Shown here: piece after piece, positions 47,841 through 62,197 of the stretch
Position numbering within the stretch: the first letter of the stretch is position 1
Layout: every line of letters starts with the position of its first letter
Assembly: GCF_009914755.1 (NCBI RefSeq)
Contig: NC_060947.1
Source: the human T2T-CHM13v2.0 reference genome, Homo sapiens
Reading direction: 5' to 3' (one strand)
DNA: 64,000 nt
Notes under the pieces: model-generated
Told to the model about the DNA's origin: nothing
What the model saw: the letters and a program-made list of their open reading frames with translations, nothing else
Database searches by the model: none
Program-made: the position numbers and the translations under genes

Positions 47841-48724
47841 TCACAGCGCCAGCTCTCACTGTAGCTCATAGAGGGGCAGCACAAGCATGAAAGTATTGCT
47901 GTATCTCAGTGATTACCACCACACACAGATAGTGGAACACTATCTGCTCTCCAGAAAAAGGCACGCACACACACACACACACAATTTTTGCATGCACTTT
48001 GCATACAGTCTACAGACCTCCCCTGAATCAATGTGTACTCTGGTATAAGGCTTTCTACACACTAAAGTCCACAGTCCTTAATAGGAAGTTCTAAGCCATA
48101 ACTGTTTGAGACTATCAAGGTTGCATTAACATGAGAGCCCCATAATATTTCAATATTTGTTGGTGGCTAAGTATATTAGGACAACACGCTAAATTTGGAC
48201 TTATCCCAAACTCCCACTTTCCCAGTCTGACAAGTTTGGGGACTGCCCTCTCCACCCCTTCTGACTTAGTCTCCCAGGCATGCTGGCTATCTAGCTATAG
48301 CCTAGAATTGACTCAGCAAATAAGCAAATGTAAATACTCACTGAATCTTTCTGGGGCCATTCTGTGGAAACAGAAATATATTTAAGTTTTTCTGCCTTTG
48401 AGAAAACACTGTAGGGCATATCCCTGGGCAGATATATTTGGTGGCTCTTAGACCCCCTGACATACACCCCCAGGCCATCCTCATCTATTTGCTTTCTGGC
48501 TTCTGATCTGGGCCCTTCCTGGGAATAGTTTTTCTCTGACCCTAGAGTCTAGACCAAAGCCAATTGGACATTCACTTCCTGGTGTTTTTTTTTTCTTTTT
48601 TTTTTCACATTTGTCTGGTAGTTTCTGTCCTGGCTTCCCCATACTTGGGCTCTCCTATCTTGGATTCATAATTATATTTCTAGCCACTTTTTCTTTCTGA
48701 CTCCTTTAGCTCTTCTTTTCTTTC

Positions 48725-49610
48725 TTTTTTTTTACAATTATATTCGTATAAATTTAAGGAGGACAAATGCAGTTTCATTATGTGGCTACATTGCATAGTG
48801 TTGATGTTTAGGCTTTTAGTGTATCCATTACACATATAGTGTACATTCTACCCATTAAGTAATTTTTTTTTTTTTTGAGATGGCGTCTTGCTCTGTCGCC
48901 CAGACTGGAGTGCAGTGACACTATCTGCGCTCACTGGCAAGCTCCACCTCCCAGGTTCACGGCATTCTCCTGCCTCAGCCTCCCGAGTAGCTGGGACTAC
49001 AGGCACCCACCACCACACCCGGCTAATTTTTTGTATTTTTAGTAGAGACGGGGGTTTCACCATGTTAGCCAGGATGGTCTCAATCTCCTGACCTCGTGAT
49101 CCGCCCACCTCACCCTCCCAAAGTACTGGGATTACAGGCGTGAGCCACTGCGCCCAGCCCCCATTAAGTAATTTCTTATCCCTCACCCCTCTTCCACCCT
49201 CCCACCCTTCTGCCTCTCCAGTGATTATTACACATTCTATGTCCATGTGAATGCATTATTTAGCTCCCACTTGTAAGTGAGAACATGCAGTATTTGACTT
49301 TTTGTTTCTGAGTTGTTTCACTTAATGGCTTCCAGGTCCATTCATTTTGCTGCAAAATTCATAATTCCATTCTTTTTATGGCTGAATAATATTCCATTGT
49401 GTATATATATCACATTTCCTTTATCCAATCATCCATTGATGGACACTTAGTTTGATTCCGTAACTTTACTATTATGAATAGTGCTGTGATAAACGTGAGT
49501 ATAGGTGTCTTTTGGCTATAATTATTTCTTTTCCTTTGGGTAGTTTCCCAGTGGGATTGCTGGATCAAATATAGTTTTATTGTTAATTCTTTGAGGCCTT
49601 TCATTACGGT
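48725..49610 (-). mobile_element. L1MA 3'-end fragment split by AluY
   Basis: tttagctcccacttgtaagtgagaacatgcagtatttg...ttgatggacacttag...gggattgctggatca. Confidence 0.88.
48866..49159 (-). mobile_element. AluY
   Basis: TSD CCCATTAAGTAATTT 48851-48865/49160-49174. Confidence 0.95.
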
Positions 49611-51165
49611 GGGGTTTTTTTGTTCTCCCTTTCCCCTCAAGTAGCCTCTGAACATTACATGCCTAATCATCCTCTCCCTGGCTCAGCTGATGGTCCTAGC
49701 ATCTCCCACTGATGGGCTTTTTCTTATTCTCCTGAAGAGTTTCATATGGCTTCACAAGATACAACTGCATTTTGATCATGATTCTCATTGATTTCTGCTT
49801 TGCAGAAAACAAACAGACAAAAACCTCACAACTCAGGAAGCCACGTTGATATATTTTTTAAAAGTCTAGTTCTGACTATTTTTCTATTCTCCATTGGCTT
49901 TTACTATTCAAAACCCCTCGCTTGCCAGCAGTAGCATTACACCTATCCCCACCTCTCTTAGCTGTGGGGCTAAAGGATAGAACATTCTATTTGGCTAAAG
50001 AGAAAAGGTAATCAGACTGAGCCCAGAGATGTACACATAGGGGCTCATAAACAAAACAACCTCGTTTCACTCTTTTACAGCAGAATTTTAGCTAGGTCAC
50101 TTCTACTAACAGCCATCTATTGGGGGAAAATTAATGACTATCAATTTACAAAACAGGATTATGGAAAACTTTTAAATGAGAGCTAGATAGAGAAACTCTT
50201 GGGTTAACGCTCCTCAGTGACCTAGAAGTATATTGAAAAAACAAAATAGTGCATTTCTGATAATGAAACATGACAACCGTACCTAACCTTTTTAAATTAA
50301 CAGTGGTGCATATATACTGTGATCTTTTCAAGGGCAGCAGGACCACATTTGAATCATTTTCTCCATAGGTTATCTTGAGGAACATGATAGTCAAATGTCC
50401 CTAGGCATCTCCACCCATCTGGGCTTTGGGTCATGAATTGATACTTATACAGGAACTAGCTGCCATTAGGTGGAGCAATTTGAAGTCTAATAGGCCATCT
50501 AGAAGGATATCAGATCAGGAGGTTTAAGAACTCCAGATGTTTTAATTTAGGTGAGTGCAGCCACAAGGCTGCTAGGACATTAACAAAGAACTGATTGATA
50601 GAGAAGAAAAAGTAGCTGGTATTAGATAATGGTATTAGATAAAAGTAGCTGGTATTAGATGATGGGAGGGGCCTGACGTCTGGTTGCCAAGGCACCTAAC
50701 TCTTCACTCGATAGTCCCCCAAGCACAGGATTCATGGCTTTTGTGGCCCCATCCCTTGGGCGTAGAGCATAATCCTTAGCTGACCTTTGAAAAATGCAAC
50801 CTCAGGCTTGCCCGGCTTCTGGTACTTCCAACTCTTCTTTGCCATTATTATAAACACAATTATCAGTCTTTGAGGGGAGGCTGATCTTTTAGTTCAGATT
50901 TCCAGAGTTCAGATTGGCAGGTGTCCTTTGTCATCTCATAAAGGAATTAAAGTGACCTGAGAAAATGTCCTCTGGGTAAGATCAATGCCACCTGTACTCT
51001 GTCCTTGCCCAAACTCTTTCATCAGAGCTCTCATGTGCATCAGCCCTTCCCCACTCCCTTCAAGCCTGTACAGCCTGGGCATGACAATAAATTTGGTCCT
51101 TTAGCAATAGCATGTACAACTCCCAGGTTATTGTCTATCCTTTTTGAGAACTCAATAGGATTATT

Positions 51166-51448
51166 ATTATTTGAGACAGAGTGTTACCCTTGTTGTCCAG
51201 TGGGAGTACAATGGTGCGATCTCGGCTCACTGCAACCTCTGCCTCCGGGGTTCAAGCGATTCTCCTGCCTCCTGAGTAGCTGGGATTACAGGTGACCATC
51301 GCCACGCCCAGCTAATTTTTGTATTTTTAGTAGAGATGGGGTTTCAGCATGTTGGCCAGGCTTGTCTCGAACTCCTGACCTCAGGTGATCCACCTGCTTT
51401 GGCCTCCCAAAGTGCTGGGATTACAGGTGTGAGCCACCATGCCTGGCC
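51166..51448 (-). mobile_element. AluS
   Basis: Alu consensus; TSD AGGATTATT. Confidence 0.93.
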
Positions 51449-51907
51449 AGGATTATTTGATTGGAAATGTGAAAATAAGAAACAAAACAAAAATACCCCA
51501 GGAGACAAATTATATTTGTCTAAGGTAGAAGGCTTCGAAGTATTCCCCACTGTGAAAGAAAACATTATACTTAAAATATACCCAATTCTTCATTGAATAG
51601 TTGATTTAACTTTTTTTTAATTTAACTTTTTATTGGGGGAAAAAAGGTCAGTAGAGCAAAGGTTTCTATAGCAACCTGGCAGCCGCACCTCTGGTAACCT
51701 ATGAAATAATTAAGTTGAGAGGTGCAACTAGGTCAGAGAAGAGCTTTATGGGAATCGGCTGACCAATGAGTATATAATTGGAATAAGTGAAGGTCACAGC
51801 CCACTCACCCAGGAGGAAGCAAGTAGGTCTTTATAAAGGCCCGAGGCTGCATCACTCTTCCCTATTATCAGGAGGGCCTTCACCTGGGGTGAGAGACAAG
51901 GCGTGTG

Positions 51908-52098
51908 CATGTTGTGCCTATGTTTTCAGGATGGGAAGTGGTGGGGAAGTGCATTAAAGAATGAAAAAAACAAAACCTAAGAAAACAGAAAGCTTAACAG
52001 AAACATGTTGTTCCTATGTTTTCAGGATGGGAGGCGGTGGGGGAATGCATTAAAGAAGGAAAAAAAACCCACAAAACCTGAGAAAACAGAAAGCTTAA
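51908..52098. repeat. Two-copy ~90-bp tandem duplication of unique sequence
   Basis: catgttgt(g/t)cctatgttttcaggatggga...gaaaacagaaagcttaa at 51908-51997 and 52004-52098. Confidence 0.9.
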
Positions 52099-53269
52099 GG
52101 TTTGAGTTAGAAGTCTGGCACTACCCAGACTAGACGATCCCTGCTGCTCCTGCTAATCTGGTAAGAGTGGGCAGGCCTCTTTTTGATGGGGGAGAAGGGT
52201 CGGCGGGGAGGCCTATTGTTATTCCCCTATAACCGGCTGGACTTGGGAGTAAAGCGATATGTGGACAAGAAAACAGGAAGACCAGGATGGGCATGCTGGC
52301 AGTTACAAAAAACCTAGGCTTGGGAACCTGAAGGTTTGCCAACATTAGGAAGGCTGAGCTATCCGAGAGACACATTCCTTTCAGTCCTCATTCTTCCCTA
52401 TCCCGCAACCTATTCCAACCACTGTAAGTTCCCATTATGCCTACAAGTGGCAGATAAAAAACTGGTACTTAATACAGAGACTGCTGGAAATGAATACCCA
52501 CCATTAGGCTCTTTTATCTCAGCAACACCTCTGCAAACCGGATGCAAATAGATTAATCAACCCAGTTTCATTTAATGTGGGAATTGCAGAGCATCATACA
52601 AGGCAACTGTTTTCTTTTGCATCTGCTGAAGAGCACGAGGGTTGATTTAGAAAAAAATTGTTTCCAGCCTGGGTCACACATTGAAGGAGAGAGAGATGGA
52701 TTCTCTTTTCTCAGCATCCTGTGGGAGGAAAGCCTGTCGCCTAATCCACATCAGTCCTATCATAGGGGTCAGGGTCCCCATTCTCACCAATCATGCAAAT
52801 GCCAAAAGACCAGTCTGGGATGCTGCCCAACTTCTTGACCCTGAAAATTGCTTTCTTGTCAACATCATTGCTGTCTCAGAACGCACCTCTGACCTCCCCA
52901 ATCCCCAAACAGCACACCCAGGTGGCTTATTCGTTACCTTTGATCACATTTGTCTGAGAGAAGGTAGGAGTGCAGGACTGAAGAATGTGTAACTCTGGGG
53001 GAGTAGTGGTGAGAGAGGTCAGTTGGGGATAACAACCAGAGCTACAGCACTCATGCGTTGGCTCTAATACTGAAGTCCAGGGTCATTTCCAGCTTGCTGA
53101 GTGACCTTCAGTCCTCTATGAGTCACAGCTGCAGCTGAGTCATAGGCAGTGGGAGACAAGCTATGTTTTCCACTTCTAGGCCTTCTTCCTCATCCCCTCC
53201 CATACTCTTCCCAGCTGATTGAGGAAGGAGCTGTGTCTTCTATTATTATTATGACATTTGATGGCTTCG

Positions 53270-53470
53270 GAGTCATACAGATTTGTCATTTACCACCTGT
53301 AGATTACATCCTCTGTCTGAGGTTTAATTTCCTCATCTACAATGAGGAGATAAAATGGTGCTTTATAATATGTCACAGGATTATCGTGAAGTTTAAAGAA
53401 GATAAATCATGTAAAAAATGTCTCAAAGTCCCTGTCACACAGTAAGTGCTCGAAGAGTGTGAATCATTAT
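53270..53470 (+). mobile_element. MIR
   Basis: tttcctcatctacaatgaggagataa...cacagtaagtgctc. Confidence 0.75.
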
Positions 53471-54162
53471 TAAATTACTCCCCCAAATCATTTTGGAAGT
53501 TAAATTAGTTGATGAAATCTAATCTTGGAGTCACTGCTATATAGAGGTAAATAGAAGGTTATCTCCACTGTAAATCACTAAATTGGCCATGTGTGTTTAA
53601 AATCCATTTATTATGAGTTTGATTAGTGATAATTATCTCCCCAGAACCTCATCACCCTGGAAGAGGAGGCAGTGATCTAATCTAATTTCTGCATCCTAAA
53701 AGCTGAGGATCAACCCTCAGCACATGTTGACCCAATCGAAGGCCACATATCCCAAAAAGCTAGGCATGAAACAACACATGGGCTTCTCTCTGAGCTTCCC
53801 TAATGCTTGGTAAGGAGTGTATAAATGCATTAACTACCTTCTACCATGAATGTAGTGACTATCTTCTATTAACTACCTTGTTAGACTTCTGTTAGGGTCT
53901 ATCCCAGGGTTCTCTGTGTTCATACTAACGGAATGATTTGTGCAGCCCATATAGAAGATGATGTCATTGTTCATCACTGTCAGTATAACTTGACCTTTGA
54001 CCACTTGGGTGCTCCCTGGGTTCTTCTGCACACTTGACCTTTTAGGCATCCCTTGGATGCCCTAACATCATACTCAGCTCTCAATGGAACTGACCAGCTC
54101 TCAAATTGAAGGCTATTTTGCGAGGTTCGTTCTCTGGAAACAGCACATTAATCAATATATTC

Positions 54163-54448
54163 TTTTTTTAGACAGAGTCTCGCTCTATCGCCAAGGGTGG
54201 AGTGCAGTGGCACAATCTTGGCTCACTCCAACCTCTGCCTCCCAGGTTGAAGCGATTCTCCTGCCTCAGTCTCTGGAGTAGCTGGGACTACCAGCGCATA
54301 CCACCATGCCTGGCTAATTTTTGTATTTTTAGTAGAGATGGGGTTTCACCATATTGATCAGACTGGTCTTGAACTCCTGACCTCATGATCCACCCGCCTC
54401 GGCCTCCCAAAGTGCTGGGATTACAGGCGTGAGCCACTGTGCCTGGCC
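54163..54448 (-). mobile_element. AluS (Sg-like)
   Basis: Alu consensus. Confidence 0.93.
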
Positions 54449-55214
54449 TAGTCAAGATGTTTTCTAACAAATTTCTTTATGTTTAATTTGTTTTTTTTGT
54501 TTTTCCCTCAAAAGAAAGGAAACTCTGGAAGTGAGCTTCTATGAAATGTTACTAAGTCTTTCCATGACAGATACAGAGATCTAATTTCAGGGCAGTGAGT
54601 GCTTTTAATATCCCCCCCAAATCAGTGAAGACCAATTCACCACATAACTTTTCAATCTCAGATTGTAGTCATAGGAAATAGAAAGGCTTCCAGCCTCCAG
54701 AGGAAACTTTTTTCCCCCAGAAACAAAGCTTCAGTAATGGCACACACACACAAAACCAAAGGCAAGATCTGTGCGGATATTTTAATTGTTCTAGACACAG
54801 TCATCAAAGAACTATCATGTGGGCACCCCTGAAGCACCCCCATGTGTTCCAAATGCAAAGAGTAGAGTCACTTAAATGTTGACAATAAGGTGTGGCCTTG
54901 ACAGCCTCATTGGGCATACTAATGACATACAGCCTGTGCCAACCTTCTCCAACAGGTTATTCCAGGGTTCCTGTTGTACTTTACCCCTCACAACAGACTA
55001 CTGCTATGGGGAGAAATGTGCTGCAGTGCTGGTGAGGAGCCTGTATTTTCCTCTGATAACCTCATGGACATTTAATCCAATAATTTATGGGAAAACATTT
55101 CTGTTTCCTGAAGTTTGGAGTAGTAGAAGTCAGATAGAGTGGACTTTTCAGCAATAAGGGGGTTATGGAATTGTCGTGGAATGATATTTAACTTTGGAAG
55201 GGCTCGTATGTCCA

Positions 55215-55545
55215 CATTTTTAACAAGTGAATAAACTAAGTTCTAGAGAGGTTTTGTCATTTACCCAAGGCCATTATGTTTATTTAGTGGCAGAATCAGG
55301 ACTAGAATCCAGGACCCCTGATACCCAATTCAGTGCCCTTTCCAGGACAGCATGCAACTTTCCACTGTAATATCATTTGTTTTACCTTAAATAATAACAG
55401 CTAATACTTATTGATTACTCCCTATTTGCCAGAATTGCACTAAGCACAAAACAAATGCTAGGAGGTAGGAACTTTTATTTTCTCCACTTTATAGATGAAG
55501 AGATGGAGGTTTAGAGAGGCCAAGTAACTGGACCAAAATTACACA
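55215..55545 (-). mobile_element. Two adjacent MIR fragments
   Basis: tagagaggttttgtcatttacccaagg...ggactagaatccagg; ctttatagatgaagagatggaggtttagagagg. Confidence 0.7.
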
Positions 55546-55874
55546 TCACACTGCACAACTCTTTTAATGTTTAACTTACTAAGCTAACCAATCCAATCCA
55601 AGAAGACCACTCAGACTAGAGAAGATACTTACATTGACCAGAATCTATAAGGCAGAATGTCAGAAATCTGCGTACATTTTTAAAAATTTTTATCCTGAAA
55701 AGATAACTTCCTGTGTTAACACAAGTCTATTTCTGGGAGATTCTTCCCCCTTCTGAATGCTCTCATTGACATTCACCACTATGTTTAGGATTGGGAACAG
55801 GATGAGCCTTTACAAATGTGCACAAGTTGGAATTAAGAGTGGGCAGGTAGAGATTTGAGAATTGAAATATACAT

Positions 55875-56164
55875 ATTTTTTTAGACAGTCTTACTCTGTC
55901 GCCCAGGCCGGAGTGCAGTGGCATGATCTTGACTCACTGCAACCTCCACTTCCCAGGTTCAAGTGACTCTCATGCCTCAGCATCCTGAGTAACTGGGATT
56001 ACAGAAGCGTGCCACCACGTCTGAATAATTCTTTTTTGTATTTTTCGTAGAGATGGGGTTTCACCATGTTGGCCAGGCTGGTCTCAAACTCCTGGCCTCA
56101 AGCAATCCTCCCACCTTGGCCTCCCAGAGTACTAGGATTACAGGTGTAAGCCACCAAACCTGGC
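55875..56164 (-). mobile_element. Alu (J/S)
   Basis: Alu consensus; TSD tgagaatt(g/a)aaatat. Confidence 0.92.
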
Positions 56165-56604
56165 TGAGAATTAAAATATTGATCAAACAGATTGAGTATT
56201 CTGAGCTGCTCAGAAAAGATACATTTATTTATTCCATTTGTCATTTCCAACTCTTCATGAATCTTCTTCTGTCGATTTTTGGTAGAATAAAGCCACTTAA
56301 ATAAAAGCTACTTGAGGTAATAAAGATATCTTCTGTTTTATTCTCTTTTTTCCCCCACAAGATTTCTTCATATGCATTTCCCACTCTGCTCCTCTGCAAC
56401 TGAGCACCAGGTGTCCTTTATATCACTCAGGTAACCATAAAACAACACTTTGAAGCCACTCATTTATTCCCACAAATGGACAGAAAAACACAAGAGAAAC
56501 TATGCTAGAATGTACAGGTTATGAGAACCTGTGTGGTTATTTAGCAAATGTCTTCTTCAGTTTCCATTCAAATCACTTGGGTCTCTATGATTTCCACAAG
56601 ACTA

Positions 56605-56964
56605 TGTCTTGGTCTGTTTTCTGTTGCTGTAACAGAATGCCATAGACTGGGTAATTTATAAAGAAATTTATTTAGCTCACAGTTCTGAAGGCTGGGAAAT
56701 CTAAGATGCCAAAGCCTTACTGGCATCTGGTGAGAGCCTTCTTGCTGCATTGTAACATGGTGGAGGGTATCACATGGAGAGAGGTCAAAAGAGTCAGAGA
56801 GACTTTGCTTTTATAACAAAGCCACTCCTGAGATAATGAACCCACTTCCATGATAACAACATTAATTCATTCATGAGGCCAGAGCTGACATTAATCCATT
56901 CATGAAGGTAGAGAAATTAAGTTTCCAACACATGAACTTTAGGGGGTACATTCAAACAATAGCA
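56605..56964 (-). mobile_element. ERVL-MaLR solo LTR (MST-like)
   Basis: tgtcttggtctgttttctgttgctgtaacagaatgccatagactggg...acattcaaacaatagca. Confidence 0.85.
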
Positions 56965-57184
56965 CTGTCCAAACATTCCACTCTTCATTGGAAGTAGAGT
57001 TTGAACTAATAGAGTTAGTAATTTGGAGAGTTGGATTATAGTGTCAGCCATCCGCTCAGAAACTCAGTTTCCCCAAGGTTTAATACCCACTTTTTCAACA
57101 TACACAGTGATTATAAAGACATCATAAGAAAATATGTGAATGTTCTTTGAAAAGTTACAAGTTATACAAATGCAAATTATCATT

Positions 57185-58277
<1,093 letters not shown>

Positions 58278-58329
58278 TCTCTCTTTTCTTGCTCTTTAGC
58301 TCTAACCTCTCACTTTTGCTCCAAACTTA

Positions 58330-59041
58330 GAGTTCATTTATGCAATAAATATTTATTGAATGTTTGTTTTAGGTGCTGTAGATGAGGTGCTAAATAAGAT
58401 AAACAAGGTCTCTGTTCTCATAGAGCTTACATTCTAATGGAGAAGAAAGAGAAAATAAACAAAACAGTAAATACAGAAGAAAATATCCAGCAATGATGAA
58501 TTATTTGATGAAAATCAAGCAGAGATATGTGATAGTGATTGAATTGAGTAAATAGGCTAATTTAGATTAAGTGATCAGGCCTTCCTGAGGTGATGACTTT
58601 TAAAGGAAGAACTGAATGGCAGAAAAGAGCCAACCATGGGAAGATATGGGGGGAAAGAGAAAAGAGCTGCAGCAAGACTCTATGGTTGTGTTGAACTTGG
58701 TGTGTTCAAGAAATAGAAACAGAGATAGGCTAGAGCATAGTGAATAAGAAATTAGTACAACATGATGTCACAGACATAGGCAGAAACCATATCATATAAA
58801 GCATGTAGGGCATGATAGATTTATGTGCCAGAAGAAGCCATTGATAAATTTTAGGTAAAAGAGTACCATGATCTGATTTATGTCTTTAAAACATCACTTG
58901 AGCTGGGCGTGGTGGTGCTCACCTGTAGTCCCAGCTACTCAGCAGCTGAGGTGGGAGGATCACTTGAGTTTAAGACTGGCCTGGACAGCACAGCAAGACC
59001 TTTTCTGAAGGAAGGAAGGAAGGAAAGAAAGAAAGAGAGAG

Positions 59042-59088
<47 letters not shown>

Positions 59089-59527
59089 AAAGAAAGAGAG
59101 AGAGAGAGAGAGAGAGGGAGGGAGGGAGGGAGGGAGGGAGGGAGGCAAGCAGGCAGGCCGGGCGTGGTGGCTCATGCCTGTAATGCCGGCACTTTGGGAG
59201 GCCAAAATGGGCAGGTCACCTGAAGTCAGTAGTTTGAGACCAGCCTGACCAATATGGTGAAACCCCGTCTCTACTAAAAATAGAAAAATTAGCTGGGCAT
59301 GGTGGTGCACACCTATAATTCCAGCTATTTGGGAGGCTGAGGCAGTAGAATCAATTGAACCCAGGAAGTGAAGGTTGCAGTGAGCAGCGATCACACCACT
59401 GTGCTCCAGCCTGGGCAACAAAGTGAGACTTTGTCCCAAAAGAAAGGAAGAAAGAGAGAAAGAGAGAAAGAGAAAGAAAGAAAGGAAGGAAGGAAGGAAG
59501 AAAGGAAGGAAGGAAGGAAGGAAGGAA

Positions 59528-59598
<71 letters not shown>

Positions 59599-60495
59599 CA
59601 CTCTGGTCACTGTATAGAGAATAAGGTGTGTGTGTGTGTATGTGTTTGTATTCATCTGGCAAAGAAATAATAGAATACATTTTAATAATAGAATAACCTT
59701 AGGCTTGGCCTAAGGTGGTGGTGATTGAGATGGATGGATTTGGGATATGTTTTGGAGCTACAGCAAATACTACGTCTTAAGATATTGCAGGTGAGTGGTA
59801 AAAGAATAAAAACAATTAAACATGAACTTTAGGTTTTTGACTTGAGCAACTAAGAACTGAAGTGGGAAACACTGTCACTGGAGGTGGGAAAGAATCAAGA
59901 GTACCGTTTGGGATATGTTAAATTTAAGATGCCATAGAAGTGGAGAGCTGGATATACGTCTGGAGTTCTTGGAAAAAGTCAGGCCTGGAGATGAAAATAA
60001 AGGCGTCAACATCATTGACAATATTTAAAGCCATGGGACTGGATAGGATTGCTAGAGAGAGAGGGGATGAAGAGCAAGAGTCCCCGGGCAGAGCCTTGGT
60101 CATTCTAAGACTTAAAGATTAAGCAGAGGGGTAGGATGCAGCAAAGGAAACTTAGAAGAGATTGGTGAAATAGGAAGAAAAATCCATCGAGTGGTTCCCC
60201 AGAAGTCTAGAGAGGAAAGTGTTTCATGAAGGGGAGTGTGGTAAAGCATCTTGAATGTTGCTAAAAAGCAAAGGAAACACATAGAGAAATGGACACTAGA
60301 TTTTGCAACATATCAGATCTATGTTCAAAAGATCACTCTAATAACAGCATGGAGAAAGGGTTTGGGTGGGCAGGAGGTGGTGGCAAGAATGGTAACAAGG
60401 TGATAACAGTTAAATGATCATTGTTAATGCAACTACAAGAGAAAGATCACAAGGACCTTGACTGAGGCAGTGATAGTGATGGTGGAGAGGAGGAG
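58330..60495 (-). mobile_element. L2 fragments interrupted by FLAM/Alu/microsatellites
   Basis: ttcatttatgcaataaatatttattgaatg...ctcatagagcttacattctaatgg...tttttgacttgagcaact...tttaaagccatgggactggat. Confidence 0.8.
58901..59597 (+). mobile_element. FLAM (58901-59005) + AluS (59156-59440), each followed by long (GAAA)n/(GGAA)n/(GA)n purine tracts
   Basis: Direct reading; flanked by aaa(c/g)atcact within L2. Confidence 0.9.
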
Positions 60496-60499
60496 ATAC

Positions 60500-61337
60500 A
60501 CACAGAAAATCAGTCAACTAAATTCAACTTATATCACAGTCAAACCTTAGAAGACATCAAATAATATAAAAGCAAAAAGCCTCATCCAAAGGACAGCAAC
60601 TTCAAAAATTAAAGGAACATTATCCCACACAGATAAGAAAGAACCAGTGCAAGAAATCTGGCAACTCAAAAAGCCAGAGTGTCTTCTTAACTCCAAACAA
60701 TGCAACAGCTTTCCAGCAATGGTTGTTAACCAGATTGAAATGGCTGGAATGACAGAAATAAAATTCAGAATGTGTATGGCGTTAAAGATCATTGAGATTC
60801 AGGAGAAAGTTGAAACCCAGTCCAAGGAAACTAAGGAATTCAGTAAAATGATACAAGAGCTGAAAGGTGAAATCACCTCTTTAAGAAAGAACTAAACCAA
60901 TCTGATAGAGTTGAAAAACTCACTATAAGAATCTCGTAATACAATCAGAAATATTAGCAGCAGAATAGACTAAGCTGAAGAAAGAATCTCAGAGCTTGAA
61001 TACAGGTTCTTCAAATCAACTAGTCAGACAAAAACAAAAAGAATGAAAAAGAATGAATAAAACTTTTGAGAAATGTGGGATTACGTACAGACCAAACCTA
61101 TGGCTCATTGGCATCCCTGAAAGAGAGGGAGAGAGAGTAAGCAACTTGGGAAACATATTTGAGGATATTGTCCAAGAAAAATTTCCCAACCTCCCTAGAG
61201 AGGATTTTTGCCTGAACAAAACTGATACCAAAACCTGGCAGAGACATAATGAAAAAAGAAAACTTCAGGACATTTGCTCATGTAACAAACCTGCACATGT
61301 AACCCCTGAACCTAAAATAAAAGCTGAAAAAAAAAAA
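60500..61337 (+). mobile_element. Internally deleted old L1PA (PA15/16-like): 5'UTR/ORF1 piece + ~48-bp ORF2 piece + 3' end
   Basis: ORF1-like RPNLWLIGIPEREGE...FPNL; ORF2 ctgataccaaaacctggcagagac; 3' end catgtaacaaacctgcacatgtaacccctgaacctaaaataaaag. Confidence 0.85.
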
Positions 61338-61556
61338 CAATGTGGTAACAGAGCAAAGATAGACAAATAGTCCAATGAAACAATAGAGAATCCAAGAAAT
61401 AACCACACGTATATGAAACTTGATAAATGAAATAAAAGGAATGGCAAATGTTAAAAAAGAAAGAAAGTAGATTCGTAGTTTCCTAGGGCTGGGGGTAGGG
61501 GGAGATGGTGGTAGGGCAGGTAAAGGATAATGGGTATTGATGGCTAATGCCTGTAA

Positions 61557-62197
<641 letters not shown>

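Noticed and set aside
58960-59680. 231-aa and K/E/R-rich ORFs
   Set aside because: Translations of Alu plus (GAAA)n microsatellites; the same applies to other Alu-derived ORFs such as 32049-32648 and 43849-44304
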